Made by a program: the position numbers and the translations under genes. The notes beneath the pieces were generated by a model. That model did not search any database. It had not been told where the DNA came from and worked only from the letters and a program-made list of their open reading frames with translations. A stretch of 64,000 bases of DNA from an uncultured Gemmatimonadales bacterium (lineage in GTDB: Bacteria; Gemmatimonadota; Gemmatimonadetes; Longimicrobiales; RSA9): NCBI GenBank assembly GCA_963708135.1, contig OY970192.1, positions 3,776,001 to 3,840,000 on the forward strand, in the 5' to 3' direction. Positions 27,165 to 38,554 of the stretch are shown here, piece by piece; positions within the stretch are counted from its first letter, which is position 1, and each line of letters begins with the position of its first letter.

Positions 27165-29273
27165 CTACCGCTGCCGCAGCGCCAGCGCGGCGTCGCGCAG
27201 CGCGGCCGTCGCCTCGTCGAAGCGCGCGGCCAGGTCGGCCAGCTCGCGGGCGGTCCTCGCCTGGTCGCCGGCGCGGACCGCCTCGCTCACCGGGGGGAAG
27301 ACCATGTTCGCGTAGCCGTTGTCCTCGTCCGCCACGTAGATGAGGTTCCGGTACCAGGAACGACCCACGAGCCCCGCCGGTCGGGTGAGCGCCCGCTCGA
27401 CCAGGAGCAGCGCCTCGTTGGTGCGCTTCAGCACCGGCGCCGCCGGCGCCGCGGCGCCCGCCAGGGCCGAATCCCTCGCCGCCGTGAACGCGCGCGCGCC
27501 TTGCTCCATCCGGCCGATGGCCGCCGCCAGCGATTTCGTGTCCAGCGGCCAGCTCCGCGCCGAGAAGGCGCTGTCCAGCGCGGGCAGGTAGCCGCGCATC
27601 GTCGTCGCGTACTCCACGTAGTCGTACGGCAACACGTCGGCGTTGGCCAGCCGCAGCGCCATGGCCGCGCCGAGCTCCGCGGCCGCGACGTGGTGGCGGT
27701 ACCCCGGGTCGCCGAAACGGGCCATCCACGCCGGGTCGTCGTACTGCGAGTGGTAGATCCCCTGCGCGCCGCCGAAGCCCCACTCGAGGATCGGGATGCC
27801 CAGGTGATTGTAGAAGCCCGCGTAGTCGGAGCCGCCGCCCGGGTCGCCCATGGGCGGCAGCGCGCCGGGCGCCAGACGGGACTGAGCGCGCCAGGCCTCC
27901 CAGAGACTCCCCGTCGTGTCCGGCGCCGGCACCTCCTCCGCCGCCGAGCGGAGTACCGCCCGCAGCGAGGGCGAGCCGCCCGCGCCGAAGCGCGGCCCGG
28001 ACGCGATCATGTCCTGGTTCAGGTAGGCGATGCCGCCCTTCTCGAGCCGCAGCGAATCGTCCTCCACGTACTCGACCGAGCCCACGAGGCCCCACTCCTC
28101 GGCGTCCCAGGTGGCGAAGAGGAGCGTCCGCTTCGGCCGCTTGCCCGCCTTCAGCTGCTCCGCCACCGCGCGCGCGATCTCCATCACGCTGACCGAGCCG
28201 CTCACGTTGTCGTCGGTGCCGGGACCCCAGGCGTCCCGGTGCCCGCCGACCACGATGACCTCGTCCGGGAACTCGCTGCCGCGCACGATGCCGAAGGTGT
28301 CCCAGAGGTCCTTGTAGGCGTGCGTGGCCGCGTCCGTCTTCACCTCCACGCGCGCCACCACCGGGCCCGGGCCGACGTGGTAGCGGAACGGCAGCCCTCC
28401 CTGCCAGGCCGCCGGGATGGCCGTGCCGCGTACCCCCTCGAGCAGCTTCGCGGCGTTGCCGTAGGAGAGCGGGACGACCGGGATCTGCGGCATGAGCGAG
28501 TCGGGATCGATCCGGCGCGCCCCCTTCGTGCTCGGGTAGCCCGGCGTGCTCGGGTCCCCGTCCACGTTCAGGATGCTGCCGCGCTGCACGCCGGACGGCG
28601 GGCGCATTGGCCCCTCGGGGTAGACGTCGCCGCGCGCATAGCCGTCGTCGGCCGGGTCGCTGTAGATGAAGAGCGCCGCCGCGCCGTGCTTCTCCGCCTC
28701 ACGGGCCTTGATGCCGCGGAACGAGCGGCCGTAGCGCGCCACCGCGATCTTGCCGCGCACCGAGACGCCCAGGGAGTCGAGCCTGGCGTAGTCCTCGATC
28801 AGCCCGTAGTTCACGTAGACGACGGGGGCGGTCACGTCCCCGGCCGCGCTGCTCCCGTTCACCGTCGGGTACTGCGCCTTCGCGCTCACCGCGTCGCCGG
28901 GCACCGCCGGCTCCGCCAGCGAGAGCTCCTCCGGATCCGGGCTGACGCGCCACGCGTGCACCTCCGTGGCGTGCGGCAGGTAGACGTTGTAGGTGCGTAC
29001 CTCCGTGGGCAGCCCCCACGACTTCATGCGGCCGATCACGTAGTCGCGGGTGCGTGCCTGCGCCGGCGTGCCGGCCACGTGCGTCTCGCTGCTGAGCGCC
29101 ACCGAGTGGGCGCGCGCGTCGGCCGTGTCCGGCCGCGTCACGGCATCGGCCTCGAGGGCGCGCTCGCGGGCGGAGCCGGCTGCCGTATAGCCGGGGAGCT
29201 GCTGCGCCGCGAGCGGCAGCGCACACAGGCAGAGAGCCGCCAGGGCGACCGGCAGGGCACGGTGAATCATCAT
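27165..29273 (-). CDS. M28 peptidase, glutamate carboxypeptidase II-like (PA plus TfR dimerisation domain)
   Basis: VYVNYG..DY, RYGRSFRG.K, VQRGS, GGHRDAW, DNVSG, WDAEEWGLVGS, GGGSDY, YHSQYD. Confidence 0.92.
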   Translation of the reverse strand: MMIHRALPVALAALCLCALPLAAQQLPGYTAAGSARERALEADAVTRPDTADARAHSVALSSETHVAGTPAQARTRDYVIGRMKSWGLPTEVRTYNVYLPHATEVHAWRVSPDPEELSLAEPAVPGDAVSAKAQYPTVNGSSAAGDVTAPVVYVNYGLIEDYARLDSLGVSVRGKIAVARYGRSFRGIKAREAEKHGAAALFIYSDPADDGYARGDVYPEGPMRPPSGVQRGSILNVDGDPSTPGYPSTKGARRIDPDSLMPQIPVVPLSYGNAAKLLEGVRGTAIPAAWQGGLPFRYHVGPGPVVARVEVKTDAATHAYKDLWDTFGIVRGSEFPDEVIVVGGHRDAWGPGTDDNVSGSVSVMEIARAVAEQLKAGKRPKRTLLFATWDAEEWGLVGSVEYVEDDSLRLEKGGIAYLNQDMIASGPRFGAGGSPSLRAVLRSAAEEVPAPDTTGSLWEAWRAQSRLAPGALPPMGDPGGGSDYAGFYNHLGIPILEWGFGGAQGIYHSQYDDPAWMARFGDPGYRHHVAAAELGAAMALRLANADVLPYDYVEYATTMRGYLPALDSAFSARSWPLDTKSLAAAIGRMEQGARAFTAARDSALAGAAAPAAPVLKRTNEALLLVERALTRPAGLVGRSWYRNLIYVADEDNGYANMVFPPVSEAVRAGDQARTARELADLAARFDEATAALRDAALALRQR

Positions 29274-29412
29274 CGAAAGTTTCCGCGTAGGGGGAGAGCC
29301 GGACGGGAAGATAGGACGGGGCGGCCGGGCCGGACAACCCGGGAGCGGAACCGCTCGTGGGATCCGCCGCGCGCCTCGGCGGTATAAGCAGGTACACTCC
29401 ACGGAGACGACC

Positions 29413-30171
29413 ATGCACGCGGTCGCGCACACGGAAGCCGGGCGCCGCAGCCCCTTCGCCGTCCTTCTCTCCAGCGCGCCATCCCAGATCCGCCGGGGCG
29501 CAGCGAGATACGTGGCCGCCGCCGTGGTGGTCCACGTGCTCCTGCTCGGGCTGCTGGTCTGGTGGACGACCCGGCCGAGGCCGATCACCCCGATGGAGAA
29601 CGGCTCCTTCTTCGTCATCCGCCTGCCGGAAAGCCCGCCGGCGGAGCACCGCGACCTGGCGGCGCCGAACGGACGAGGCGCGGGCGGCGCGGCCGCGACG
29701 GGCGAGGAGTCGTCGAGAGGGGCCGCCGGGCCCGCCTCGCCCCCCGGCGGCGCGGCCGCCGCGCCCGCGCCGCTCACCGTTCAGGACATCATCGGCGGCC
29801 CGAGGTTCACCCCCTTCACGGTCCCGCCCAGCCTGGCCAACCGCGCCGACATCGTGCATGAGCTGTCGCTCCGCTTCACCCCCGAGCTGCAGCAGGCCGT
29901 GAGCAGGGCCCGCGTCATCGTCTGGATGCTCCTGGACGAGACCGGCTACGTGCGCAGGTCGATCGTTCAGCAGACGAGCGGCAACGCGGCGCTCGACCGG
30001 GCCGCGCTCGAGGTGTCCCACGACATGCGCTTCACGCCTGCCCTGAACGCCGGCGTGACCGTCCCGGTCTGGGTCTCCATTCCGGTCGAGTTCCGCAACG
30101 AGGCGGCCCTGCCCGCGGCGGACTCGACGGGAACGCCCAGGCGCGACACGACGGGCCTGCGGGACGCCTGA
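29413..30171 (+). CDS. TonB-family energy transducer (TM anchor, Pro/Ala linker, TonB_C)
   Basis: AVVVHVLLL anchor; C-terminal LDETGYV..TSGNAALDRAAL..RFTPALNAG..VPVWVSIPVEF. Confidence 0.8.
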   Translation: MHAVAHTEAGRRSPFAVLLSSAPSQIRRGAARYVAAAVVVHVLLLGLLVWWTTRPRPITPMENGSFFVIRLPESPPAEHRDLAAPNGRGAGGAAATGEESSRGAAGPASPPGGAAAAPAPLTVQDIIGGPRFTPFTVPPSLANRADIVHELSLRFTPELQQAVSRARVIVWMLLDETGYVRRSIVQQTSGNAALDRAALEVSHDMRFTPALNAGVTVPVWVSIPVEFRNEAALPAADSTGTPRRDTTGLRDA

Positions 30172-30295
30172 CCCCACCGCCTCGGGCCGACCCTCCGCAC
30201 GACGCCCGACCCCGACGAACGTTGCGGCGCCGATCCTCGCCACGCCATCTTGCGGCGTTCCCCAACATCCCCGATTCCCCTCCCGGGACGCATCG

Positions 30296-31762
30296 ATGCC
30301 GACCCCGTCATCGCTCATTGCCGAGCAGGACCGCAGGCACGCCGCGGCCGCGCACGGCGGGAGGCCGCCCTCGAGCGAGGCGGGCCTCGAGCGCGTGATC
30401 GGCCCCTGGGGACTGGCCACGAACGCGGTCAATCTCACCATCGGCGCCGGCATCTTCGCGCTCCCCGCGGTCGTGGCGGCGATGCTCGGCCCCGCCGCCG
30501 TGCTCGCGTACCTGGTCTGCGCGGCGCTCATGGGACTGGTCCTGGCGTGCTTCGCGGAGGTGGGCAGCCGGGTCACCCGCTCGGGCGGCGCGGTGGCGTA
30601 CGTCGAGGAGGCCTTCGGGCCGATGGCCGGCTTCCTGGCGTGGGTCTCCTTCGTCGTGGTGTACTCGGCCGGCTCCGACGCGGCCATCGCGCACGTCGTC
30701 GTGGGTGCGGCGGGCGCGGCGTGGGCCCCGCTCGGCGGCGCCGCGGCGAGCTCCCTCCTCCTGGCGGCCATCTTCGCCTGCGTCGCGCTGGTGAACGTGC
30801 GCGGCGTGCGGCAGGGGCTCAGGCTCTCCGCCGGAATGACCATCGCCAAGCTGCTGCCGCTCCTCCTCCTCGTCGCCCTCGGGGTCTTCGCCGTACGCTG
30901 GCGCGCCCTCACGTGGACGCGCTGGCCCTCCTTCGGCGAGCTCGGCGCCGCCTCGCTGGTGCTGTTCTACGCCTTCATGGGCCCGGAGAGCGCGCTCGGC
31001 GCGAGCGGCGAGATCCGTGACCCCCGGCGCACCGTACCGCGCGGCCTCTTCCTGGCCGTGCTCACGGTCACGCTCCTCTACCTGGCCGTCCAGACCACCG
31101 CCCAGGGGGTGCTCGGCGCCGACCTCGCGCGCGAGTCCGATGCCCCGCTCCGCGCCGTGGCCGCCCGCGTGGCCGGCTCGCCGGGCGGGCTCCTCATCGT
31201 GGCCGGCACCATCATCTCCGGGCTGGGCACCATCTCCGCCGACCTGCTCAACACCCCGCGCGCCTACCTGGTCGCGGCGCGCGACGGGATGCTGCCGCGC
31301 TCCCTCGGCCGCACACACCCGCGCTTCCGCACCCCGTGGCTGGCCATCATCGTCCAGGCCGCGCTCGCCCTCGCGCTCGCCCTCAGCGGCGGCTTCCGCG
31401 CCCTCGCCACGATCTCGAGCATCTCCGTGCTGCTCGTCCACCTTACGGTCGCCGCCGCGGCGCTGCGGCTGCGCTATCGGCCCGGGCGGACGGAGCAGGA
31501 GGCGGCGCCGGCCGCGGAGGCGGCGCGGCCCGGGACCCTCGCGGCGGAATCGTCGCCCGGAGGGAAGGCGACGCCGGCGCCCGCCGCCGACCGGCCCCTC
31601 TTCCGCACCCCCGGCGGCCCGCTGGTGCCGGTGCTCGCGATCGCGATCGTCGCCTGGCTCCTGGCCCAGTCCACCGCGCTCGAGGCCGGGGCAATGGCCG
31701 GCGTGCTCGCGACCTCGGCCGGCTGGTACCTGCTCCGCCGCCGCGCGCTGGCGCGGTCGTGA
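30296..31762 (+). CDS. APC-family amino acid permease
   Basis: NLTIGAGIF.LP, CFAEVGSR..SGG, FYAFMGPE..SGEIRDPRRTVPRG, HPRFRTPW. Confidence 0.9.
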   Translation: MPTPSSLIAEQDRRHAAAAHGGRPPSSEAGLERVIGPWGLATNAVNLTIGAGIFALPAVVAAMLGPAAVLAYLVCAALMGLVLACFAEVGSRVTRSGGAVAYVEEAFGPMAGFLAWVSFVVVYSAGSDAAIAHVVVGAAGAAWAPLGGAAASSLLLAAIFACVALVNVRGVRQGLRLSAGMTIAKLLPLLLLVALGVFAVRWRALTWTRWPSFGELGAASLVLFYAFMGPESALGASGEIRDPRRTVPRGLFLAVLTVTLLYLAVQTTAQGVLGADLARESDAPLRAVAARVAGSPGGLLIVAGTIISGLGTISADLLNTPRAYLVAARDGMLPRSLGRTHPRFRTPWLAIIVQAALALALALSGGFRALATISSISVLLVHLTVAAAALRLRYRPGRTEQEAAPAAEAARPGTLAAESSPGGKATPAPAADRPLFRTPGGPLVPVLAIAIVAWLLAQSTALEAGAMAGVLATSAGWYLLRRRALARS

Positions 31763-31829
31763 CAGCGGACGTCGGCTTCGGGCGCCAATTGCGCGGCCGC
31801 GAGGCAGGGTGCGCCGACGCAGGCCGGAT

Positions 31830-33137
31830 TCATTCCGCGCCCTCGGGCGGGAAGCGCGGGAGCGCGCCCGCGCGCCGCACCACCCGCCCCCCACCCGTCC
31901 GCTCCGCCTCGGCGTCGTACCGCTCGATGATCCCCCCGTAGAAGTCCAGCGTCCGGCGCGCGATGCTCGGCCAGCCGAACTCGCTCTCGACCCGCGCGCG
32001 GGCGGCGCGACCCATCGCCGCGCGCAGGGACGGGTCGTCCAGCAGCGTGTTCACCGCAGCGGCCAGGTCGCGCGCGAACTGCTCGGGGTGGCGCGGCTCG
32101 ACCTCCGTGGGACCGCTGGCCTCCGGCGCCACCAGCAGGCCCGTCTCGCCGTGGGCGACCACCTCGGGGATGCCGCCGACGGCCGAGGCCACGACCGGCG
32201 TCTCGCAGGCCATGGCCTCCAGGTTGATGATGCCGAACGGCTCGTAGACGGAGGGGCAGACGAAGATCGCGGCCTCGCTGTAGAGCTGGATGACCTTCTC
32301 CCTGGGCAGCATCTCCTCGATCCACAGGATCGGGTGCGCGCTCGCCGAGCGGGCCCGCGCGACGGCGTCGCTCATCTCGCGCGCGATCTCGGGCGTATCG
32401 GGCGCGCCCGCGCACAGGACCACCTGCACGCCCGGGCGGAAATCCCTGATCGCGTTCACCAGGTGGACGATCCCCTTCTGGCGCGTGATGCGGCCGACGA
32501 ACAGCACGAACGGCACGGCCGGGTCGATCCCCAGCTCCCGCAGCGTCGCCTCCCCCGGCGTCGGCCGGTACTGCGAGAGGTCGATGCCGTTGTGGATCAC
32601 GCGGATCCGGTCCATCGGCACGCCGTAGAGCCCGTGCACGTCCCGCCGCATCGACTCCGAGACCGCGACCACGCCGTCGGCGTTCTCGTACGCCGTCGCC
32701 TCGATCCACGTCGAGACCCGGTACGCCGCGCCGAGCTGCTCCGCCTTCCACGGCCGGTGCGGCTCGAGCGAGTGCGTCGTCAGCACGAGCGGGACGTCCT
32801 GCAGGTGCTTCACCAGGCAGCCGGCCAGGTGCGTGTACCAGGTGTGGCAGTGGACGATGTCCGCGCCCGCGACCCTGCCGCTCATGACGAGGTCGTTCTG
32901 CAGCGTCGCGAAGAGCTTCCCGTGCCGCGGGTCGCTCACGGGCAGATCCGCCGGCGGCGACACGCCCTCCACCCTCGGGTTTCCCTCGGAGACGTGCTGG
33001 TCGCCGAAACAGAACACCTGCACGTCGTGCCGCCCCGCGTCGAGCGCCGCCAGCTCGCGCGTCAGGTACTCCACGTGCACGCCGGCGCCGCCGTACACGT
33101 GCGGCGGATACTCATTGGTCAGGATGACGATCCGCAT
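31830..33137 (-). CDS. glgA: GT4 glycogen synthase / maltose-1-phosphate synthase (actinobacterial GlgA/GlgM type)
   Basis: [69 protein letters not shown] -10 at 33192-33197. Confidence 0.9.
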   Translation of the reverse strand: MRIVILTNEYPPHVYGGAGVHVEYLTRELAALDAGRHDVQVFCFGDQHVSEGNPRVEGVSPPADLPVSDPRHGKLFATLQNDLVMSGRVAGADIVHCHTWYTHLAGCLVKHLQDVPLVLTTHSLEPHRPWKAEQLGAAYRVSTWIEATAYENADGVVAVSESMRRDVHGLYGVPMDRIRVIHNGIDLSQYRPTPGEATLRELGIDPAVPFVLFVGRITRQKGIVHLVNAIRDFRPGVQVVLCAGAPDTPEIAREMSDAVARARSASAHPILWIEEMLPREKVIQLYSEAAIFVCPSVYEPFGIINLEAMACETPVVASAVGGIPEVVAHGETGLLVAPEASGPTEVEPRHPEQFARDLAAAVNTLLDDPSLRAAMGRAARARVESEFGWPSIARRTLDFYGGIIERYDAEAERTGGGRVVRRAGALPRFPPEGAE

Positions 33138-33286
33138 CGCAGTTCCGAAGTTCGGGTCATCGCCACGGCGCCGCCCGCCCGCCCGCCGCAGATTATACGC
33201 CGGAGCCGCGGGCGGCGCCGGGCTTCCCCTTGTCTCGATCCCGCCGCCGTGGTAGCGTCGGAAGTACACCCCCACCGGAGACTCGC

Positions 33287-33742
33287 ATGGCGATCACCCT
33301 CCGCATCAACGGGCGCTCCCGACGGCTCGAGGTCGAGCCCGACACCCCCCTGCTCTGGGTACTCCGCGACGCCGCCGGGCTCGTCGGCACGAAGTACGGC
33401 TGCGGCATCGGAGCCTGCGGCGCCTGCACGGTCCACCTCGACGGCAAGCCGACCCGCTCGTGCCGCACGCCGGTGTCCGAGGTCGGAGACCGCGCGATCA
33501 CCACGATCGAAGGACTGTCACCCGACGTGACGCACGCGGTGCAGAAGGCGTGGATCGCCGAGGAGGTCCCGCAGTGCGGCTACTGCCAGTCGGGCCAGGT
33601 CATGTCCGCCGCCGCGCTCCTGGCCGGGAACGGGAGTCCGACGGACGACGACATCGATCGCGCGATGTCGGGCAACATCTGCCGGTGCGGCACCTACGAC
33701 CGGATCCGGCGCGCGATCCACCGCGCCGCGCGGGAGGGCTGA
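33287..33742 (+). CDS. iorA: (2Fe-2S)-binding subunit of an isoquinoline 1-oxidoreductase-like molybdoenzyme
   Basis: [39 protein letters not shown]. Confidence 0.9.
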   Translation: MAITLRINGRSRRLEVEPDTPLLWVLRDAAGLVGTKYGCGIGACGACTVHLDGKPTRSCRTPVSEVGDRAITTIEGLSPDVTHAVQKAWIAEEVPQCGYCQSGQVMSAAALLAGNGSPTDDDIDRAMSGNICRCGTYDRIRRAIHRAAREG

Positions 33743-33745
33743 GCC

Positions 33746-35881
33746 ATGGCGACCATCACGAAGCTCGACCGGCGCGATTTCCTCAAGCTGACCGCGGCCG
33801 CGGGCGGCGGGCTGCTGCTCGGCATCTACCCCGACCTCGCGCGTGGTGATACCGCAACGACCGGCGCCGGCGCGCTCCAGCCGAACGCGTTCGTGCGTGT
33901 GGGCAATGACGGCACGGTGACGATCTGGTCGGCGCGCTCGGACATGGGGCAGGGCGTCCGCACGGCAATGCCGATGATCGTGGCCGACGAGCTCGACGCC
34001 GACTGGAGCACGGTCCGCATCCTTCAGGCGGATGCCGACCCGAGCCGGTACGGCCGCATGATGACGGTCGGCAGCTCCAGCGTGCGGGGCCACGCCTGGA
34101 TGGCGCTGCGCCAGGCGGGCGCCACCGCGCGCCAGATGCTGGTGGCCGCGGCCGCCGCAGAGTGGCGCGTGCCCGCGGCGGACTGTCGTACGGAGAGCGG
34201 CCGGGTGTTCCACGACGCGTCGAAGCGGTCCGTGTCCTACGGCGACATCGCCAGCGCGGCGGCGGCCATGCCCGTCCCGGCCGAGCCGCGGCTCAAGGAC
34301 CCGAAGGACTTCAAGCTGATCGGCAAGCGCATCCCGCTGGTCAACACGAAGCAGAAGGTCTCGGGCCGCGCCGCCTACGGCATCGACGCGCGCGTCCCCG
34401 GGATGAGTTTCGCCACGGTCGTGCATCCGCCGGTGTTCGGCGACTCGGTCCGCTCGTTCGATGCCACGCAGACGCGCGCGGTACCGGGCGTGAAGGAAGT
34501 CGTCCGCATCCCGAGCGGCGTCGCCGTCGTCGCCGGGAACACCTGGGCCGCGATCAAGGGGGCGCGCGCGCTCACGGTCGAGTGGCAGAGCGGCGGCTTC
34601 GCGATGAGCAGCGACGGGATCTTCCAGAGCCTCGCCGAGCTCGCCCGCACGCCCGGCATGCAGGCGCGCAGCGAGGGCGACGTCGAAGCGGCGCTGTCGG
34701 CGGCGCCGCACGTGGTCGAGGCGACGTACCAGGCCCCGTACCTCGCCCACGCCACCATGGAGCCGATGAACTGCACGGCCGATGTGCGCGCCGACCGCTG
34801 CGAGATCTGGGCGCCGACGCAGAACCCGCAGGGCACGCAGCACGCGGCCGCGCAGCTCACCGGCCTGCCGATCGACAAGGTCACGGTGCACGTGACGTAC
34901 CTCGGGTGCGGCTGGGGGCGGCGCTCGCGCACGGACTTCGTGGAGGATGCGGTCGCGACCTCGAAGGCGATCGGCGCGCCGGTGCAGGTGCTGTGGACGC
35001 GGGAAGAGGACATGCGGCACGACCAGTACCGGCCGGCGGCGCACGTGGAGTTCCAGGGCGCGCTGGACGCGCGGGGTCGCGTGACCGCGCTCCGCGCACG
35101 CATCGCCACGCCACCGATCTCCGGGCGAGGCGATGGGGTGGACGGCCCGGCGGTGGACGCCATCGCGACCACGCCGTACGCCATCCCGAACCTGCGCGTC
35201 GATTACGGCAGGCCCGACATCGGCGTGCCGGTAGGGTACTGGCGCTCGGTCGGCCCGTCGCAGAACGCGTTCTTCATCGAGAGCTTCATCGACGAGCTGG
35301 CGTATGCAGCGAAGCGCGACCCGCTCGACGTGCGGCTCGAGCTGCTGTCCGGCACGCCGCGGCTGAAGCACGTGCTCGAGGTCGCCGCGGAACGCTCGGC
35401 CTGGAAGACGCCGGCTCCGGCCGGGCGGGCGCGCGGCCTGGCCGTCGCCGAGCTCGACGGCTCCTACGTCGCCGAAGTGGCCGAGGTCTCGGTGGACAAC
35501 GGTCGCCCGCGCGTCCACAAGGTCTGGTGTGTGGCCGACTGCGGCCGCGTGATGCACCCCGGCATCGTCGAGGCGCAGCTCATGGGCGCCATCATCGGCG
35601 GCCTCACCGCGGCGCTCTACGGCGACATCACCGTCGAGAACGGGCGCGTCCAGCAGGGGAACTTCAACGACTACCGCATGGTGCGGATGAGGGAGGCGCC
35701 GGAGTACGACATCTTCCTCGTCCAGAGCGAGGAGGAGCCGGGCGGCGCGGGCGAGCCCGGCGTGCCGCAGATCGCGCCGGCGGTCGCGAACGCGATCTTC
35801 CGTCTGACGCGCACGCGCGTGCGCCGGCTGCCGATCCGACTGGCGACCCGCGCGGCGGTCGGAGCGCAGAGGTCGCGGTAG
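33746..35881 (+). CDS. iorB: Molybdopterin-binding subunit (IorB-like), Tat-exported
   Basis: Tat motif DRRDFLK; SDMGQG; HATMEPMNC; WTREEDM; WRSVG; ESFIDELA; GAGEPG. Confidence 0.9.
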   Translation: MATITKLDRRDFLKLTAAAGGGLLLGIYPDLARGDTATTGAGALQPNAFVRVGNDGTVTIWSARSDMGQGVRTAMPMIVADELDADWSTVRILQADADPSRYGRMMTVGSSSVRGHAWMALRQAGATARQMLVAAAAAEWRVPAADCRTESGRVFHDASKRSVSYGDIASAAAAMPVPAEPRLKDPKDFKLIGKRIPLVNTKQKVSGRAAYGIDARVPGMSFATVVHPPVFGDSVRSFDATQTRAVPGVKEVVRIPSGVAVVAGNTWAAIKGARALTVEWQSGGFAMSSDGIFQSLAELARTPGMQARSEGDVEAALSAAPHVVEATYQAPYLAHATMEPMNCTADVRADRCEIWAPTQNPQGTQHAAAQLTGLPIDKVTVHVTYLGCGWGRRSRTDFVEDAVATSKAIGAPVQVLWTREEDMRHDQYRPAAHVEFQGALDARGRVTALRARIATPPISGRGDGVDGPAVDAIATTPYAIPNLRVDYGRPDIGVPVGYWRSVGPSQNAFFIESFIDELAYAAKRDPLDVRLELLSGTPRLKHVLEVAAERSAWKTPAPAGRARGLAVAELDGSYVAEVAEVSVDNGRPRVHKVWCVADCGRVMHPGIVEAQLMGAIIGGLTAALYGDITVENGRVQQGNFNDYRMVRMREAPEYDIFLVQSEEEPGGAGEPGVPQIAPAVANAIFRLTRTRVRRLPIRLATRAAVGAQRSR

Positions 35882-35887
35882 GCGGCG

Positions 35888-38551
35888 TCACTCCGCACGT
35901 AGCGAGACAGTGGGGTCCACCCCCGCGGCTCGCCGCGCCGGCGCCCACGCGGCGACGCCCGCCACCAGCGTCATGAGCGCGAGCACGCCTACGTAGGTGG
36001 TCAGGTCCAGGCGCGACACGCCGAAGAGCATCGAGGCGAGCAGTTGGCTCGCGGCATAGGCGCCGGCGAGCCCGATCACCGCCCCGATCGAAATGAGGGA
36101 AAGAGCGTGGCCGACCACGCCTCCGACCACGTCGCCCGGGCTCGCGCCCAGCGCGGAACGGATCCCGATCTCGCGGGTCCGCTCGCTCACGCTCCCCGAG
36201 ACCACCCCATAGAGCCCTACCGCGGCCAGCAGGAGCGCGGCCAGCGCGAAGGCTTCCATCGCGGAGAGGGCGAAACGCCGCTGCCCGGCCGACGCGGCGA
36301 TGAAGCCGTCCATCGTCTCGACGCGCACGATCGGCACGTCCGCGCTCACCGACCAGATCGCGCGCTTCAGCGCCGGCACGAGGGCCGCGGGGTCGCCTCC
36401 GCTCGAGCGCACGACGAGCGACTCCACGTTGTCCACCCAATCCCATTGGCCGTCCACCACGTAGAAGGCGTCGGGCGCGCGCACGGCGAGCGAGTACTGC
36501 TTCACGTCGCCCACCACCCCGACGACGATGTCCCACGGCCGATCGCCCCCCATCTCCGGTCCGAAGCGCGCGCGTTTCCCGATGGGATCGGCGGTTCCGA
36601 AGAGCCTGCGAGCGAAGGACTCGTTGATGACCACCGCTTCGGGAGCGCCCGGGCGATCGGTGGCGTCGAGCAGCCGCCCGCGGACGAGGGGGATTCCCAT
36701 CGTCCGGAACCAGCTCGGCGTGACGGCGTAGCGCAGCGCGCTCCCGTCGGCTCCGGCCTTCGACTCCGGCCGGTCCTGCCACTCGTATCCGTAGCCGTCC
36801 ACATCGCCGCTCAGCGGGAGCTGGCTCGTGAAGGCCGCGCGCTCCACGCCTGGCACCGCGCGCACCGCCTCCAGCGTCTGCTGGAGGAACTGGAGGCGGG
36901 CGGTGTCCGAGTCGAACGTGTGGCCGGCCTCGACGACCTGCATCGACACCAGGTGCGAGGGGTCGAAGCCGGGCGTGACCGACATCAGCCGCTGCACGCT
37001 CCGCAGGAGCAGCCCGGCGCTCACCAGAAGGACGAGCGCGAGCGCCACCTCGGCGACGACGAGCGCGTTGCGCGCGCCCCCGCGCGAGGCCGTCGCACGG
37101 CGTCCGAGGCGACCGAGCTGCCGCGCGACCTCCGAGCGGAGCACACCCAGCGCGGGCGCCAGCCCGACCACGATCCCCACGAGCGCGGCGAGCACCAGGC
37201 CGAACGTGAAGACGCGGCCGTCCAGACGGATGGCATCGAGGCGCGGGAGCCCCGGCGGCGCGAGCGCCACCAGGCCCTGCACGCCGAGCTGCGCGACCCC
37301 GAGGCCGAGCACCCCACCCACCAACGCCAGCACGACGCTCTCGGTGAGAAGCTGCCGGACGAGCCGGCGGCGCGGGGCGCCGAGCGCGAGCCGCATCGCG
37401 AACTCGGCACGGCGCTGCGCGCCCCGCGCGAGCAGGAGGTTCGCCACATTCACCGATGCGGTCGCCAGGAGGAGCAGCACCGCGCCGATCATGGCGAAGA
37501 GGGACGCGCGGACCCGGCCGCTCACGACGTCCTGGAGAGGACGCACGGCAAGTCCGTGCTCGAGGTTGGCCCAGTAAGGGCGGGGGAACTGCGGGAGCGG
37601 CACCTCTCCGATGGCGACGGACTCCCGTGTAGCGGCCTCGGCGGTCGTCCCCGCGGCCAGCCGCGCCACGAGCTGATAATGGTGGCCCCACTCACGGGTG
37701 TCGAGCTCGGCCGTCGCGCGCTCCCGCAGAGGCGACCAGACGCTCGTGGCCGGCGCGATCACGTTCGTGAAGCCGTGCGGCATCACCCCGATCACCAGAT
37801 ACGGATCCCCGTTCAGGTCGATCGTGCGCCCCACGACCGCGCGAGCTCCGCCGAACCGCCGCTCCGCGAGCCCGGCGCTCAGAATGGCGACGTTGGGCGC
37901 GCCCGGCTGCTCGTCCGCCGCGGTGAACCCGCGCCCTACCACCGGCACCGCCCCGAAGACGCCGAAGCAGCCCGCGGTCACGCGCTCCCCGCCGAGCTGC
38001 TCCGGCTCGCCCGTGCCGGTCAGCGACGGCCGCCACGGGTCGGCGGCGGCCAGCGCCTCGAAGGAGTGGCTGCGCGCCTGGATCTCCTGGAACGTCCCGA
38101 GCGTGGCAGGCATCGGAACGCCATCCCGGTTGCGGTCGTCCACGGTGACCAGGCGGCGCGCGCTCGGGAAGGGAAGCGGCTCCAGCAGAATCGGGCTCGC
38201 CACGCTGAACACCGCGGCGCTCGCGCCGATGCCGACGGCCAACGTCGCCACCGCCGTCACGGTGAACGCGGGGCTCCTCCAGAGACGCCGCAGCGCGTAG
38301 CGCGCGTCCAGCACCGTCGTCTCGACAACCCGCTCCCACCCCGACGTGCGCACCTCCTCGCGCACCATGCCGGCGTCCCCGATCTCCAGGCGCGCCGCCC
38401 GGCGCGCCTCCTCCGGCGTGAGCCCCCGCGCACGGTGGGCCGCGATGGTGCGCTCGAAGTAGTCCCGGACCTCGTCGGCCACATCGCCGTCGGCCTCGCC
38501 CGGGCGGAAGAGCGCCCGCAGCCCGCGCACCAATGGACGCAGCGGCGACAT
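35888..38551 (-). CDS. Duplicated orphan ABC permease (ADOP/MacB-like), no ATPase adjacent
   Basis: GLTPEEARRAARLEIG N-terminus; DARYALRRL.RSPAFT; NVANLLLARG..EFAMRLALGA; RTREIGIRSALGA; PARRAAGVDP. Confidence 0.9.
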   Translation of the reverse strand: MSPLRPLVRGLRALFRPGEADGDVADEVRDYFERTIAAHRARGLTPEEARRAARLEIGDAGMVREEVRTSGWERVVETTVLDARYALRRLWRSPAFTVTAVATLAVGIGASAAVFSVASPILLEPLPFPSARRLVTVDDRNRDGVPMPATLGTFQEIQARSHSFEALAAADPWRPSLTGTGEPEQLGGERVTAGCFGVFGAVPVVGRGFTAADEQPGAPNVAILSAGLAERRFGGARAVVGRTIDLNGDPYLVIGVMPHGFTNVIAPATSVWSPLRERATAELDTREWGHHYQLVARLAAGTTAEAATRESVAIGEVPLPQFPRPYWANLEHGLAVRPLQDVVSGRVRASLFAMIGAVLLLLATASVNVANLLLARGAQRRAEFAMRLALGAPRRRLVRQLLTESVVLALVGGVLGLGVAQLGVQGLVALAPPGLPRLDAIRLDGRVFTFGLVLAALVGIVVGLAPALGVLRSEVARQLGRLGRRATASRGGARNALVVAEVALALVLLVSAGLLLRSVQRLMSVTPGFDPSHLVSMQVVEAGHTFDSDTARLQFLQQTLEAVRAVPGVERAAFTSQLPLSGDVDGYGYEWQDRPESKAGADGSALRYAVTPSWFRTMGIPLVRGRLLDATDRPGAPEAVVINESFARRLFGTADPIGKRARFGPEMGGDRPWDIVVGVVGDVKQYSLAVRAPDAFYVVDGQWDWVDNVESLVVRSSGGDPAALVPALKRAIWSVSADVPIVRVETMDGFIAASAGQRRFALSAMEAFALAALLLAAVGLYGVVSGSVSERTREIGIRSALGASPGDVVGGVVGHALSLISIGAVIGLAGAYAASQLLASMLFGVSRLDLTTYVGVLALMTLVAGVAAWAPARRAAGVDPTVSLRAE

Positions 38552-38554
38552 GCG